Assembly (NCBI GenBank): GCA_031411295.1
Contig: JANOAV010000130.1
Span: 1 to 38,665, forward strand
Direction: 5' to 3'
DNA: 38,665 nt
From: Verrucomicrobiales bacterium
GTDB lineage: Bacteria > Verrucomicrobiota > Verrucomicrobiia > Verrucomicrobiales > V1-33
Positions 26,529 to 35,797 of the stretch are shown one piece after another (position 1 is the stretch's first letter; each line of letters opens with the position of its first letter). Both the position numbers and the translations under genes were made by a program. Below the pieces are notes generated by a model, which was not told where the DNA came from, made no database searches, and saw nothing but the letters and a program-made list of their open reading frames with translations.

Positions 26529-28966
26529 ACACCGCCCATCGAATCCTAACCCTCGCAATTGCTACGCTGGCGCTTCCCTTCCAGCTGCCAGCAGCCAAGC
26601 CGCAAGGCGCTGTGGCCATGCCTGATTTCACCAAGGGCGACACCGTTGCCAAGGACGGTCCCCACGACTGGACGCTGGGGCCGACGGGCGCTCGGGGTTG
26701 GATTTATACGAACAATGGTCACTCGCACGAAGCGCGTCAAATTCTGGTCACCGCAGTCGCGAAGAACGCTCCAGCCTCCACGGTGCTGAACGTGGGCGAT
26801 GTGATTCTGGGCGTGGACGGGAAGAATTTCCCTGACGATGCTCGCGTCCTCTTTGCCAAAGCCATCGGGGCCGCCGAAACCGAAAAGGGCGCGGGCAAAC
26901 TCCGCCTGCTGCGCTGGCGGGCCGGCAAATCCGAGGAGGTGATCGTCACACTGCCAGTGCTGGGAAGTTACAGCAACACCGCGCCCTATGATTGTCCGAA
27001 ATCAAAACACATCTTCGAACTGGGATGCAAGTCGCTGGCGCAGCGCATGGCAGGGCCGAACTACACCAAGGGATTGAATCCGATTCCGCGCTCATTCAAT
27101 GCGCTGGCTCTGCTGGCCACTGGCAACAAAGACTATCTCCCGATGCTGCAAACTGAAGCGCGTTGGGCGGCAGATTATACGGCGGAAAGTTTCGCCACTT
27201 GGTATTACGGCTACGTCCTAACATACCTTGCGGAATATGTCATGGCGACGGGCGACCAAGCGGTCATGCCCGGACTTAAGCGACTCGCGATGGAGTCAGC
27301 GCTGGGCCAGAGCGCGGTCGGCACTTGGGGACATAAGTTCGCCCTGCCCAGCGGGAACCTCAACGGCTATGGCTGCATGAATCAACCCGGGCTAAGCCTC
27401 TGCATCGGCATGGCGCTGGCACGCGATGCGGGAGTGAAGGACCCAGCGCTCGACAAAGCCATCACCAATGCCGCAGGCTTTGTGCGTTGGTATGTGAACA
27501 AGGGGGCGGTGCCCTACGGAGACCATTTGCCGTTTCCGGCTCATGAGGACAATGGCAAGTGCTCCAGCGCAGCCGTGCTGTTTGATCTGCTGGGCGATCG
27601 TGAAGCTGCGGAGTTCTTTGGCAGAATGTCCACCGCCGCCTACAGCGAGCGGGAGCGCGGACACACGGGAAATTTCTTCAATGTGCTCTGGGCCGTCCCC
27701 GGCGTGGCCCGCTGTGGTCCTTTAGCGACGGGGGCTTATCTCAAAGAGCAAGCTTGGTATTATGATCTGGCGCGCAGTGCGGACAGCAGTTTCCTTTACC
27801 TAGGATCACCTGTGGGTGAAGAGGAGCATGGCAAATACACGAGCTGGGACTCCTCTGGCGGCTATCTGTTGGCCTATGCCCTGCCACTCAAAAGCCTTCG
27901 ACTAACAGGCAAGAAGCCATTCACTGTGCCTGCCTTGAACGCCGCTCAAGTGGATGCGGTCATCGCTGCCGGACACGGCTTCGCCTATAAAGGATCGGAG
28001 AATCCCTACGACCAACGCACGCCTGAACAACTGCTAGCCGGCCTGTCCAACTGGTCGCCTGCGGTGCGCTTGCGATCCGCCACCGCGCTTGGCAAAAAGC
28101 AGGGGAATTTCCTGCCTGACGTGCTCAAGTTGCTTGCGAGCAATAATCGCGACGCCCGCTACGGAGCCTGTGCAGCGCTGGCAGCTCTGGGACCACGAGC
28201 CGATGCCGCCGCCCCCCAACTCCGCGCGGCCCTCAAGGATCCCGACCCTTGGCTGCAAAGCTTGGCCGCGGAGGCCCTGCCACATCTCGGTCCCGAGGCT
28301 CGCAAGGGCAGCGTCAGTGATCTGTTAGCAATGGCGATCACCCCCAATCCCGCCGACCCGCGGCGCATGGCCCAGCGCTCCGTCGGCGTGGCGCTTTTCT
28401 CCCCCTACCCAGGAAGCCGTGGACCCAAGAGCATTCTGGCCGAGTCACTTGATGGGGTGGATCGTAAATTGCTCTACCCGGCCGTGCAATCCCTGTTACA
28501 AAACCAGGATAGCGTCGCCCGCTCCACGGTGCAGAAATCCTTTCCCAACTTAACGGATGCCGATCTCGTGACCCTGCTGCCAGGGATCGTCAAAGCCATT
28601 GAGCGGCTTGCCCCGAGCAACGAAATGTTTGGCGACGGCATCCGCCTAGCCGGGCTCGATCTACTCTCCCGCCTGCACATTCGCGAAGGCATGGGCCTCT
28701 GCGTTTCCGTGCTGGAACCCGCTCGGTGGGGCGCGGGCAAACGTGTCGGCCCCTGTCTGGGATACCTCTTGCGCTACGGAACGCATGCCAAAGCCGTTTT
28801 GCCGCAATTGAAGGAAATCCGCACGCAACTCATTGCGGGAGCTCCCAAAAAGGGACCGAACGAGCAATTGGATGAATTAGACAAATGCATCGCAACGATT
28901 GAATCCAGTTCCGCCTCGCCCACGTTGGTAAGCGTCGCAGAGTTCAAGACGCGACCTGCGAAATAG
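26525..28966 (+). CDS. DUF6288-like secreted protein with PDZ-like and HEAT repeats
   Basis: WTLGPTGARGWIY, PDZ-like 'ILVTAVAKNAPASTVLNVGDVILGV', helical core, HEAT repeats (SPAVRLRSATALG, LKDPDPWLQSLAAEAL); ATGA overlap with DUF1080. Confidence 0.7.
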   Translation: MNTAHRILTLAIATLALPFQLPAAKPQGAVAMPDFTKGDTVAKDGPHDWTLGPTGARGWIYTNNGHSHEARQILVTAVAKNAPASTVLNVGDVILGVDGKNFPDDARVLFAKAIGAAETEKGAGKLRLLRWRAGKSEEVIVTLPVLGSYSNTAPYDCPKSKHIFELGCKSLAQRMAGPNYTKGLNPIPRSFNALALLATGNKDYLPMLQTEARWAADYTAESFATWYYGYVLTYLAEYVMATGDQAVMPGLKRLAMESALGQSAVGTWGHKFALPSGNLNGYGCMNQPGLSLCIGMALARDAGVKDPALDKAITNAAGFVRWYVNKGAVPYGDHLPFPAHEDNGKCSSAAVLFDLLGDREAAEFFGRMSTAAYSERERGHTGNFFNVLWAVPGVARCGPLATGAYLKEQAWYYDLARSADSSFLYLGSPVGEEEHGKYTSWDSSGGYLLAYALPLKSLRLTGKKPFTVPALNAAQVDAVIAAGHGFAYKGSENPYDQRTPEQLLAGLSNWSPAVRLRSATALGKKQGNFLPDVLKLLASNNRDARYGACAALAALGPRADAAAPQLRAALKDPDPWLQSLAAEALPHLGPEARKGSVSDLLAMAITPNPADPRRMAQRSVGVALFSPYPGSRGPKSILAESLDGVDRKLLYPAVQSLLQNQDSVARSTVQKSFPNLTDADLVTLLPGIVKAIERLAPSNEMFGDGIRLAGLDLLSRLHIREGMGLCVSVLEPARWGAGKRVGPCLGYLLRYGTHAKAVLPQLKEIRTQLIAGAPKKGPNEQLDELDKCIATIESSSASPTLVSVAEFKTRPAK

Positions 28967-29197
28967 CATGCAATCGCTTGTGGCAAAGCAATCAACTGTG
29001 ACCCGGGACTGGTCAGTTTCAAATTTCAATCCTCCGGCGGCAAGGCCTCGGTTGGCTCAGCAGTGATCTTCATTTCGGCGGAGCAAGAAAACTTCGGTTT
29101 TCACGATCATCAATTACCCTAAACAAATCCCGTTGCCGATTTGGCAAATGTTTGGTATCTTGACCGTTACTACCACTCCGATCCCAGATTTTCTCGA

Positions 29198-31999
29198 ATG
29201 CAACCCACTGTCCGCCGTCCTCGTCGTGTTCAAGACGCACCTTCCTCTACTCACGAGCGGAGGCCGCTGACTGATTTTACAGGCATTTCCCTGATTGGCT
29301 TGGGCGCGCTCTTGTTCCTGGCGCTGGTGTCCTATTCGCCCGACGATATCCCGTCGTGGGTTTCGTTTTCCCGGCGTCCGGCGGCGGATGTGGAGTGTAT
29401 GAATTTGATGGGTCCAGTCGGGGCGATTGTTGCGGGCTACGCGATTTTTCTCCTGGGAGCGGCGGCGTTTTTCCTGCCGATCGGTCTGATCTGGCTGGGG
29501 ATCGCCAAGATCATTATCCGACTGCGTTTAACTTGGCCTCCGGTGCCCGGCTTGCTACTGATGCTGGCGTGCATGTCCACCCTGTTGGCGATTCAGAAAT
29601 TCGCCTTTGAAGGCTGGGATTATCGTTTTCAGGTTTTAGGGGCTGGTGGGGGGATCGGCCACGTGGGGCAGGAAATGGCGAATCGGACCGTCGGCACCTT
29701 TGCCATGGGAGTGATCTGCGTGCTGGGCACCTTGGTCGGAGCTGTGATGCTGTTTGGATTGCGGCCCCTGCAAGCGCTGCACATGGCGCAGGGCTGGATC
29801 GACCGCTGGCGGGAAGATCGCATCCTCGCCCGGAAATACGCGGCTTCAGAAGAATTGCAGGAAGAACGAGCTGCGATCGAGGCGCAACGCCAAACGGCCC
29901 GCCAGGCGCGGCAGGAAGGTCGTCCGCCCCGTCGGAAAACCGCAGGAGATGATGGTCAGTTAATCATTCCAGGACGCGAAGTAGCCGCTGCGCTGAGCGA
30001 ACCTGAGTTAGGGTTAGGGTTAGGGTTAGGGTTAAACCTCAATTCCGGTCGGGCCGAACTGGAAGCCTTTGGGGAACCTCCGATCCCCCTGGCCCCGGCG
30101 GGACCGGAAATTATCGATGGCACCGCCCGCAAATCCGAAAGCGAAGATCCGGTAGCGAGGAAAATCTCCCTGGCCGAATGGCGCGAACAACGCCAGAAGC
30201 CAAAGGCCGCCGCCACGGATGCTGCCGGAGCGCCCTCCGGCATGGCTTCGGCACTTACACCGTTGAGCGAGGCCTTTAAAGATTACGAACTCCCAGACTT
30301 GGACCTGCTGCACTGGGACGATGAGGCGGAACGCAAACCCGCCGACAAAGGCCTGCTGCTGGCAACCCAACAAACAATCATTCGCACGTTAGGAAACTTT
30401 GGCGTCGCAGTGACCCCGGGCACCATCACCCGTGGCCCAAGTATTACGCGCTATGAAATTTATCCGACCGATGGCCTGCGCGTGGCGAAAATCGTCACGT
30501 TGGAGCCGGACTTGGCGCGGGCCACGAAAGCTGAATTTATCAACATCCTGGCTCCCATTCCCGGCAAAGACACCGTGGGCATCGAGATCGCCAACAGTGA
30601 CAAAGTTCCCGTCCCCCTGCGTGAACTCTTGGAAGATCCCAAGTTCCACAAAGGCAAGGCCCGCATCCCGCTGGCGCTGGGCAAGGACGTGTATGGCGAG
30701 ACGATCATTGCCGACCTCGCAGCGATGCCACACTTGCTCGTAGCGGGCACCACCGGTTCCGGTAAATCCGTCTGCATCAATTCCATCATTGCCAGCCTGC
30801 TGTTCCAATTCGGCCCCGACCAGATGCGCTTCATCATGGTGGACCCCAAGGTCGTGGAAATGCAGATGTTCAATGATCTGCCGCACCTCATTGTCCCCGT
30901 CGTGACCGACCCCAAGAAGGTGCTGGCGGCACTGAAATGGGTCGTGAATGAAATGGACCATCGCTATCGTATCTTCGCCAAAGAAGGCGTGCGGAATTTC
31001 GAAGGCTTCAACAATCGCAAACGCAAGGCCTCTGCGCCAGTCCCCTCCGCCCCGCCAAAACGCAGCGGTAAACGCCCCCCGGCCTCCAATCCTAACGAGC
31101 CGGAATTACCACTCTTTGATACCCTGCCGGAGGAAGCCCCGGCCCCGCTGACTACGCATCCGGTGCGCTTCGGCGGCAAGGAGGAAGATCCGTTTTCGTT
31201 CATCGATGACTCCGAATTGGAAAGCCGCGCGAAGTTTGCCGCCGAGCTGGGCCAAGACGTGCAGGACTACTACGAGGATGAAGAGGAGGAAGATTTCGCC
31301 CCCAAAGAGGATGCGGTGCCAGACACCGTGCCGTATATCGTGGTCATTATCGACGAGTTAGCCGACCTTATGCAGACCGCCTCGGCAGATGTCGAAAATT
31401 TGATCGCCCGCATCACTCAGAAAGCCCGGGCGGCCGGCATCCACTTGATCGTCGCCACCCAAACCCCGCGGGCCAACGTGATCACGGGTGTCATCAAAGC
31501 CAACATCCCGAGTCGAATCGCCTTCCAAGTGGCCAGCGGATTGGATTCACGAGTCATTCTGGACACCAACGGAGCGGAGAAGCTCGTCGGCAAAGGTGAC
31601 ATGCTCTATCTCCCGCCTGGCTCCGCCAAACATACCCGCGTCCAAGGCGCATTCATCACCGACGAGGAAATGCAAGCGCTGGTGGATCACTGTAAAGGCC
31701 AGGGCAAACCGATGTATGACGCATCTGTCCAAGCCAGCATTCGCGAAGCCGCTGACGACGAAGAAGGCGAAGGCGAGGAAGACCTTGGGGCCGATGATGA
31801 AGCTCTCTTGGAAAAGTGCATCGAAGTCATCATTCAAGAGAAAATCGCCAGCACCAGCCGTCTCCAACGTCGCCTGAAGTTAGGCTACACCCGGGCCGCC
31901 CGCATGATGGACATCCTCGAAAAACGCGGCATGGTCGGCCCTGGCGAAGGCGCCAAGCCCCGGGAAATCTTGATCAGCCCGGATCATTATTCGGATTAA
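29198..31999 (+). CDS. ftsK: DNA translocase FtsK
   Basis: N-terminal TM domain, MPHLLVAGTTGSGKS (Walker A), VDPKVVE, YIVVIIDELADLM (Walker B), ARAAGIHLIVATQ, GAEKLVGKGDML, gamma domain STSRLQRRLKLGYTRAARMMD. Confidence 0.97.
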   Translation: MQPTVRRPRRVQDAPSSTHERRPLTDFTGISLIGLGALLFLALVSYSPDDIPSWVSFSRRPAADVECMNLMGPVGAIVAGYAIFLLGAAAFFLPIGLIWLGIAKIIIRLRLTWPPVPGLLLMLACMSTLLAIQKFAFEGWDYRFQVLGAGGGIGHVGQEMANRTVGTFAMGVICVLGTLVGAVMLFGLRPLQALHMAQGWIDRWREDRILARKYAASEELQEERAAIEAQRQTARQARQEGRPPRRKTAGDDGQLIIPGREVAAALSEPELGLGLGLGLNLNSGRAELEAFGEPPIPLAPAGPEIIDGTARKSESEDPVARKISLAEWREQRQKPKAAATDAAGAPSGMASALTPLSEAFKDYELPDLDLLHWDDEAERKPADKGLLLATQQTIIRTLGNFGVAVTPGTITRGPSITRYEIYPTDGLRVAKIVTLEPDLARATKAEFINILAPIPGKDTVGIEIANSDKVPVPLRELLEDPKFHKGKARIPLALGKDVYGETIIADLAAMPHLLVAGTTGSGKSVCINSIIASLLFQFGPDQMRFIMVDPKVVEMQMFNDLPHLIVPVVTDPKKVLAALKWVVNEMDHRYRIFAKEGVRNFEGFNNRKRKASAPVPSAPPKRSGKRPPASNPNEPELPLFDTLPEEAPAPLTTHPVRFGGKEEDPFSFIDDSELESRAKFAAELGQDVQDYYEDEEEEDFAPKEDAVPDTVPYIVVIIDELADLMQTASADVENLIARITQKARAAGIHLIVATQTPRANVITGVIKANIPSRIAFQVASGLDSRVILDTNGAEKLVGKGDMLYLPPGSAKHTRVQGAFITDEEMQALVDHCKGQGKPMYDASVQASIREAADDEEGEGEEDLGADDEALLEKCIEVIIQEKIASTSRLQRRLKLGYTRAARMMDILEKRGMVGPGEGAKPREILISPDHYSD
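30008..30034 (+). repeat. (TTAGGG)4-TTA tandem hexamer within ftsK
   Basis: tta ggg tta ggg tta ggg tta ggg tta, read in frame as LGLGLGLGL. Confidence 0.95.
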
Positions 32000-32032
32000 C
32001 GGCCCCCCAGTAAAGTCTAGGCGTGCAAAACT

Positions 32033-32116
32033 GTAGCGGGCGAGGTAACGAGACCTTCGCCAGGGCATGGTGGAATGTGGGTTGCGTGGCGCTGGTCTCC
32101 TAACGTCGCCCTCTAC
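32033..32116. repeat. GTAG-type inverted REP doublet (REPIN/MITE-like)
   Basis: Left arm GTAGCGGGCGAGGTAACGAGACCTTCGCC (32033-32061) versus reverse complement of 32088-32116, GTAGAGGGCGACGTTAGGAGACCAGCGCC: 23/29 identical. Confidence 0.65.
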
Positions 32117-32120
32117 GGCC

Positions 32121-32136
32121 AGACACGATCGTGCGA
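32121..32136. promoter_or_regulatory. 7-2-7 palindromic box, copy 1 (AGACACG-AT-CGTGCGA)
   Basis: 13/16 to consensus TCGCACGATCGTGCGA; about 190 bp upstream of the GH99-like gene. Confidence 0.5.
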
Positions 32137-32325
32137 GCGGTAAATCATTGACGGTTAAATGGAATTTTCCTAGATGGGGCTGACAAAGCTCATGGCCCAT
32201 TTCACGAAATCACATTCACTCACGCAGCCTCTGGCGGGCACCATTGGTATGCATAGGAACGCGTCCGCCGGTGATACAGAAAATTGCTATCGTTCAAGTC
32301 TGCAACCACGCCAGGACATCACCCG

Positions 32326-33630
32326 ATGAGTGTTGGCACTCCCGTGTTTTGGCTTGCGCTAAGTCTGCTGTTCTTCGCTTCAAGGGACTCGGCGTCCGCC
32401 GCGTCAGCAGAACTTGAGGCAGTGAATACCTCCACCATGCATCCCTATCAAGGAGAGCACGCTGCTGGGGTGGACCGCACTACGCTCCTTGGTAAAGTTA
32501 TGTGCGGCTACCAAGGATGGTTCAACGCAGAAGGTGATGGCGCGGGCCGTGGGCATAACCGCTGGGCGAAGGACGGCGGGGTGCCTTCTGCTGGCAATGT
32601 GAAAATTGACCTCTGGCCTGACGTTTCTGAACTGGCAGCGGACGAACGTTTCCCAACGGACTTCAAATGCGCTGATGGCAGCACCGCCGAGGTTTACAGC
32701 GCCTTCAAACAAGCCACCGTGCTGCGACATTTTCAGTGGATGAAAGACTATGGAATCGACGGAGTCTTCGTGCAGCGCTTCGTCACCCCGCTGACTGAAG
32801 CCAAAAGTTTGCGTCACAATAATGTGGTGCTGGATCATTGCCGGGAAGGCGCCAACCGCTTTGGCCGCACCTATGCGGTGATGTATGATCTCAGCGGGAT
32901 GCGGGCGGGTTGCATGCAGCAAGTGCAGGCAGATTGGCAGGCGCTGCGCACGAAGATGCACATTACCGAGGATCCTGCGTATTTGAAGCATCGGGGAAAG
33001 CCATTGGTGGTAGTCTGGGGCGTTGGGTTCAAGAAAGATCGGGATTACACCGTGGCAGAATGCGGGCAGTTAGTAAATTTCCTGAAAAAGAACGGCTGCA
33101 CCGTGATGCTGGGAGTGCCGAGCGGTTGGAGGCTCCTGGAAAAGGACAGCACGGACGACCCCGCTCTGCACGGGGTCTTGAAGCAGGCCGATGTTGTGAG
33201 TCCATGGACCGTGGGAAGGTATCACACGCCTGCGGAAGTTGCGGTGCATGGAGAAAATTTCTGGAAACCAGATCTTGTCTGGTGCCGGGCCCATGGGTTG
33301 GATTATTTGCCAGTAGCGTTTCCCGGATTCAGTTGGTTCAACATGAAGGGAAAGGCATTTGATAAAGCCCCGAGACTGAAAGGAGAGTTTCTCTGGTCCC
33401 AATTCCAGATTGCCAAAAAATCCGGAGCGGAAATGCTCTATGTTGCCATGTTTGACGAAGTGGATGAAGGCACCGCCATCTTCAAATGCACCAACAACGT
33501 GCCTGTCGGCACCAGTGCCCAATTCGTAACTTACGAAGGCCTGCCGTCAGACTTCTATCTCAAGCTAACCGGCCAGGGAGCCCGCGTCATGCGCGGGGAG
33601 TTGCCATTGGGCAGCCCACTGCCCCACTAA
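32326..33630 (+). CDS. Secreted GH99/GH71-like glycoside hydrolase
   Basis: Signal peptide from ATG 32326; KVMCGYQGWF, HFQWMKDYGIDGVFVQRF, VMYDLSG, PVAFPGFSW, YVAMFDEVDEGTAIFK. Confidence 0.85.
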   Translation: MSVGTPVFWLALSLLFFASRDSASAASAELEAVNTSTMHPYQGEHAAGVDRTTLLGKVMCGYQGWFNAEGDGAGRGHNRWAKDGGVPSAGNVKIDLWPDVSELAADERFPTDFKCADGSTAEVYSAFKQATVLRHFQWMKDYGIDGVFVQRFVTPLTEAKSLRHNNVVLDHCREGANRFGRTYAVMYDLSGMRAGCMQQVQADWQALRTKMHITEDPAYLKHRGKPLVVVWGVGFKKDRDYTVAECGQLVNFLKKNGCTVMLGVPSGWRLLEKDSTDDPALHGVLKQADVVSPWTVGRYHTPAEVAVHGENFWKPDLVWCRAHGLDYLPVAFPGFSWFNMKGKAFDKAPRLKGEFLWSQFQIAKKSGAEMLYVAMFDEVDEGTAIFKCTNNVPVGTSAQFVTYEGLPSDFYLKLTGQGARVMRGELPLGSPLPH

Positions 33631-33704
33631 TGCCGGCACTCAGCCATGGGTCAAAGCTCGATTCCATTGACTGAACCAACGTTTATCGCAATGATGCCTG
33701 ACAA

Positions 33705-35729
33705 ATGAGAATCGTTCCAACCTTGCTTCTGCTAATTCTGGCATTCAGCAAATCCGCCACGCTGGCTGCCCAGGTGCCGGAGAGTTCTCCTGTGGCAGAG
33801 ACCGTAGCGCGATTTTTCAGCAGTGAAGTCAGGGAAACAGGACCGCGTTTGGAATATCTTGCGGCGGAGTTGGATAAATTGCCAGCACTGGCCAAGGGCA
33901 GCCAGGGGTCACGCTATGGATTCAACAGCGGGCCGATTGCAAGTCAGGAGGAAGCGCACTGGGTGCAATTTGATCTGGGGAAAGAGTGTCTCATCGATGC
34001 CATCGTTGCCATGCCGGTTCACGCGGAGGCAGTGGGGGATGGCTATGGCTTCCCGCTGCGATTTAAGATCGAGGTCTCTTCCGTAGCGGAAATGCAGCAT
34101 CCGATTTTGCTGTCAGATAAAACGAAGGAGGATGTTCCCAACCCTGGGAAATACCCCATGATTTTCCACCCCACAAAAACGGCAGCCCGCTACGTCAGAT
34201 TCACCACTACCAAGAGTCCACGCTCCAAGGATGAGTTCTTCTGGGCCTTGGAGGAATTGATGGTGCTGGCAGGAAATAGAAATGTGGCTGCCGGTTGTGA
34301 TGTCACATTTTCCAAGCAATTGGAATTGTTTCCCAACTGGGCGGTGGACTGGATCAACGATGGGCAAAGCGTGCTGGGCATGCCCGTCACCACTGAACGC
34401 AGTCCGACTAACGGATATCTCAGCGCCCCGGCCAATCAATCCGTTAGCGAAAAATGGATCGTGGTGGATCTGGGGAAAAGTTACCCGATCGACGAACTGC
34501 GGCTGCTGCCAGCGGGATCGAAGGAGAGCGAAACCCTAACCCGGCAAGGATACCCCCGCGTGGGAGGACGTGCGTTTCCACCGGATCTTGTGGTCGAAAT
34601 CTCCGAGGAACCAACGTTTGCCGAAGCAGCGTGGCACAAGCAACTCGAATCGGAATCCCTGGGCTACCCGTGGGGCAGTTCCGTGGTGCTGCAGACGCAC
34701 GGCACCCCTGGGCGCTACATCCGGGTGCTGGCACGCAAGCTCTGGGCCCGTGGCAAGACGGCCCACAACTTCGCCCTGGCAGAACTACAGGCGTATGTGG
34801 GAGACGACAACGTGGCGCTCGGCAAGGCCGTCCAGGCCAAGGACGCAGCTGATGGCCCGGTGTCAGCCCGCTGGGATCCCAGCTTTCTGGTGGACGGCTT
34901 CACGAGTCGCCTCCGACTCATTGAACTCCCTGCTTATCTGGATCTCATCGATCCCCGGGGGAAATTGGAGCGTGAGCAAACGACCCTTCAGGCGCGTCGT
35001 GATCACCTGGTGAGGCAGACTCGAAACATCCTAACTGGCGGTGCCGTCACGCTTGGCTCTGTCGCCTTGCTAGGGTGGGCGTGGATGTTATTCCGCCAAA
35101 AAGCGGTCCGGCAACGCGATGTGATCCGACTCCGTGAACAGATCGCACGGGATCTACATGATGACATCGGCAGCAACCTGGGTGGTATTGTCCTGCTTAG
35201 TGAAATGGGGCGTCGGCATGATGCCATTTCCCCGGAAGCCCGCAGCGATTTCGCAGCCATTCAAGAAGCCGCTGAAGAAACGGCGGAATCCATGCAGGAC
35301 ATCGTATGGCTGATCCAAACGGATCGCATGGGCTTGCGGGAGTTGATCGTGAAGCTGCGCAACTCCGCCGCTATGATTGTCGGAAATTTAGTGCTAAGCA
35401 TTGAGGTAAATCCGCCCCAGTTCACGAACCGAAATTTATCGCTCCTGTTTCGGCGGCATTTCTTTTTCGCTTTCAAGGAGACGCTGAATAACATTCGTAA
35501 ACACGCCTGCGCCACCAAGGTGGCAATCGGCATCGACATCAGCGCCACCTCGCTGAAATTTACCGTGGAGGACAACGGCAAAGGCTTCGACCTCACTGCT
35601 CCCGCCAATTTCGGACACGGTCTGGCGAACCTCCAGAAAAGGGCGGCACTCTTGAAGGGCACCTGCCATGTGGATAGCAGACCGGACCAAGGCACGACAG
35701 TCCGTTTTGAAGTGGATCTTCGAGTCTAG
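33705..35729 (+). CDS. Sensor histidine kinase (HisKA_3/NarX class) with two discoidin/F5-8C-like ectodomains
   Basis: Signal peptide, duplicated W(V/I)..DLG...ID...FP...EVS/EIS...RY(V/I)R units, one TM helix, IARDLHDDIGSNL, KETLNNIRKHA, VEDNGKGF, GHGLANL, GTTV. Confidence 0.92.
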   Translation: MRIVPTLLLLILAFSKSATLAAQVPESSPVAETVARFFSSEVRETGPRLEYLAAELDKLPALAKGSQGSRYGFNSGPIASQEEAHWVQFDLGKECLIDAIVAMPVHAEAVGDGYGFPLRFKIEVSSVAEMQHPILLSDKTKEDVPNPGKYPMIFHPTKTAARYVRFTTTKSPRSKDEFFWALEELMVLAGNRNVAAGCDVTFSKQLELFPNWAVDWINDGQSVLGMPVTTERSPTNGYLSAPANQSVSEKWIVVDLGKSYPIDELRLLPAGSKESETLTRQGYPRVGGRAFPPDLVVEISEEPTFAEAAWHKQLESESLGYPWGSSVVLQTHGTPGRYIRVLARKLWARGKTAHNFALAELQAYVGDDNVALGKAVQAKDAADGPVSARWDPSFLVDGFTSRLRLIELPAYLDLIDPRGKLEREQTTLQARRDHLVRQTRNILTGGAVTLGSVALLGWAWMLFRQKAVRQRDVIRLREQIARDLHDDIGSNLGGIVLLSEMGRRHDAISPEARSDFAAIQEAAEETAESMQDIVWLIQTDRMGLRELIVKLRNSAAMIVGNLVLSIEVNPPQFTNRNLSLLFRRHFFFAFKETLNNIRKHACATKVAIGIDISATSLKFTVEDNGKGFDLTAPANFGHGLANLQKRAALLKGTCHVDSRPDQGTTVRFEVDLRV

Positions 35730-35736
35730 CAGAATG

Positions 35737-35786
35737 TCTCAGCTTCGCATAGGAAGCTGAGATGGAGCAGTCCAGCGGACTGCTCC
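35737..35786. terminator. Two adjacent 10-bp hairpins between convergent genes
   Basis: TCTCAGCTTC-gcatag-GAAGCTGAGA (35737-35762) and GGAGCAGTCC-agc-GGACTGCTCC (35764-35786); no U-tracts. Confidence 0.55.
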
Positions 35787-35797
35787 CACACTCGTTG

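Noticed and set aside
30008..30034. Eukaryotic telomere contamination or telomere-like chromosome end
   Set aside because: Only four units, in frame, with continuous ftsK coding sequence on both sides.
32135..32160. Possible dif/Xer site near ftsK (…GACGGTTAAAT)
   Set aside because: Only the GTTAAAT end resembles a XerD arm; no XerC arm or 11-6-11 symmetry.
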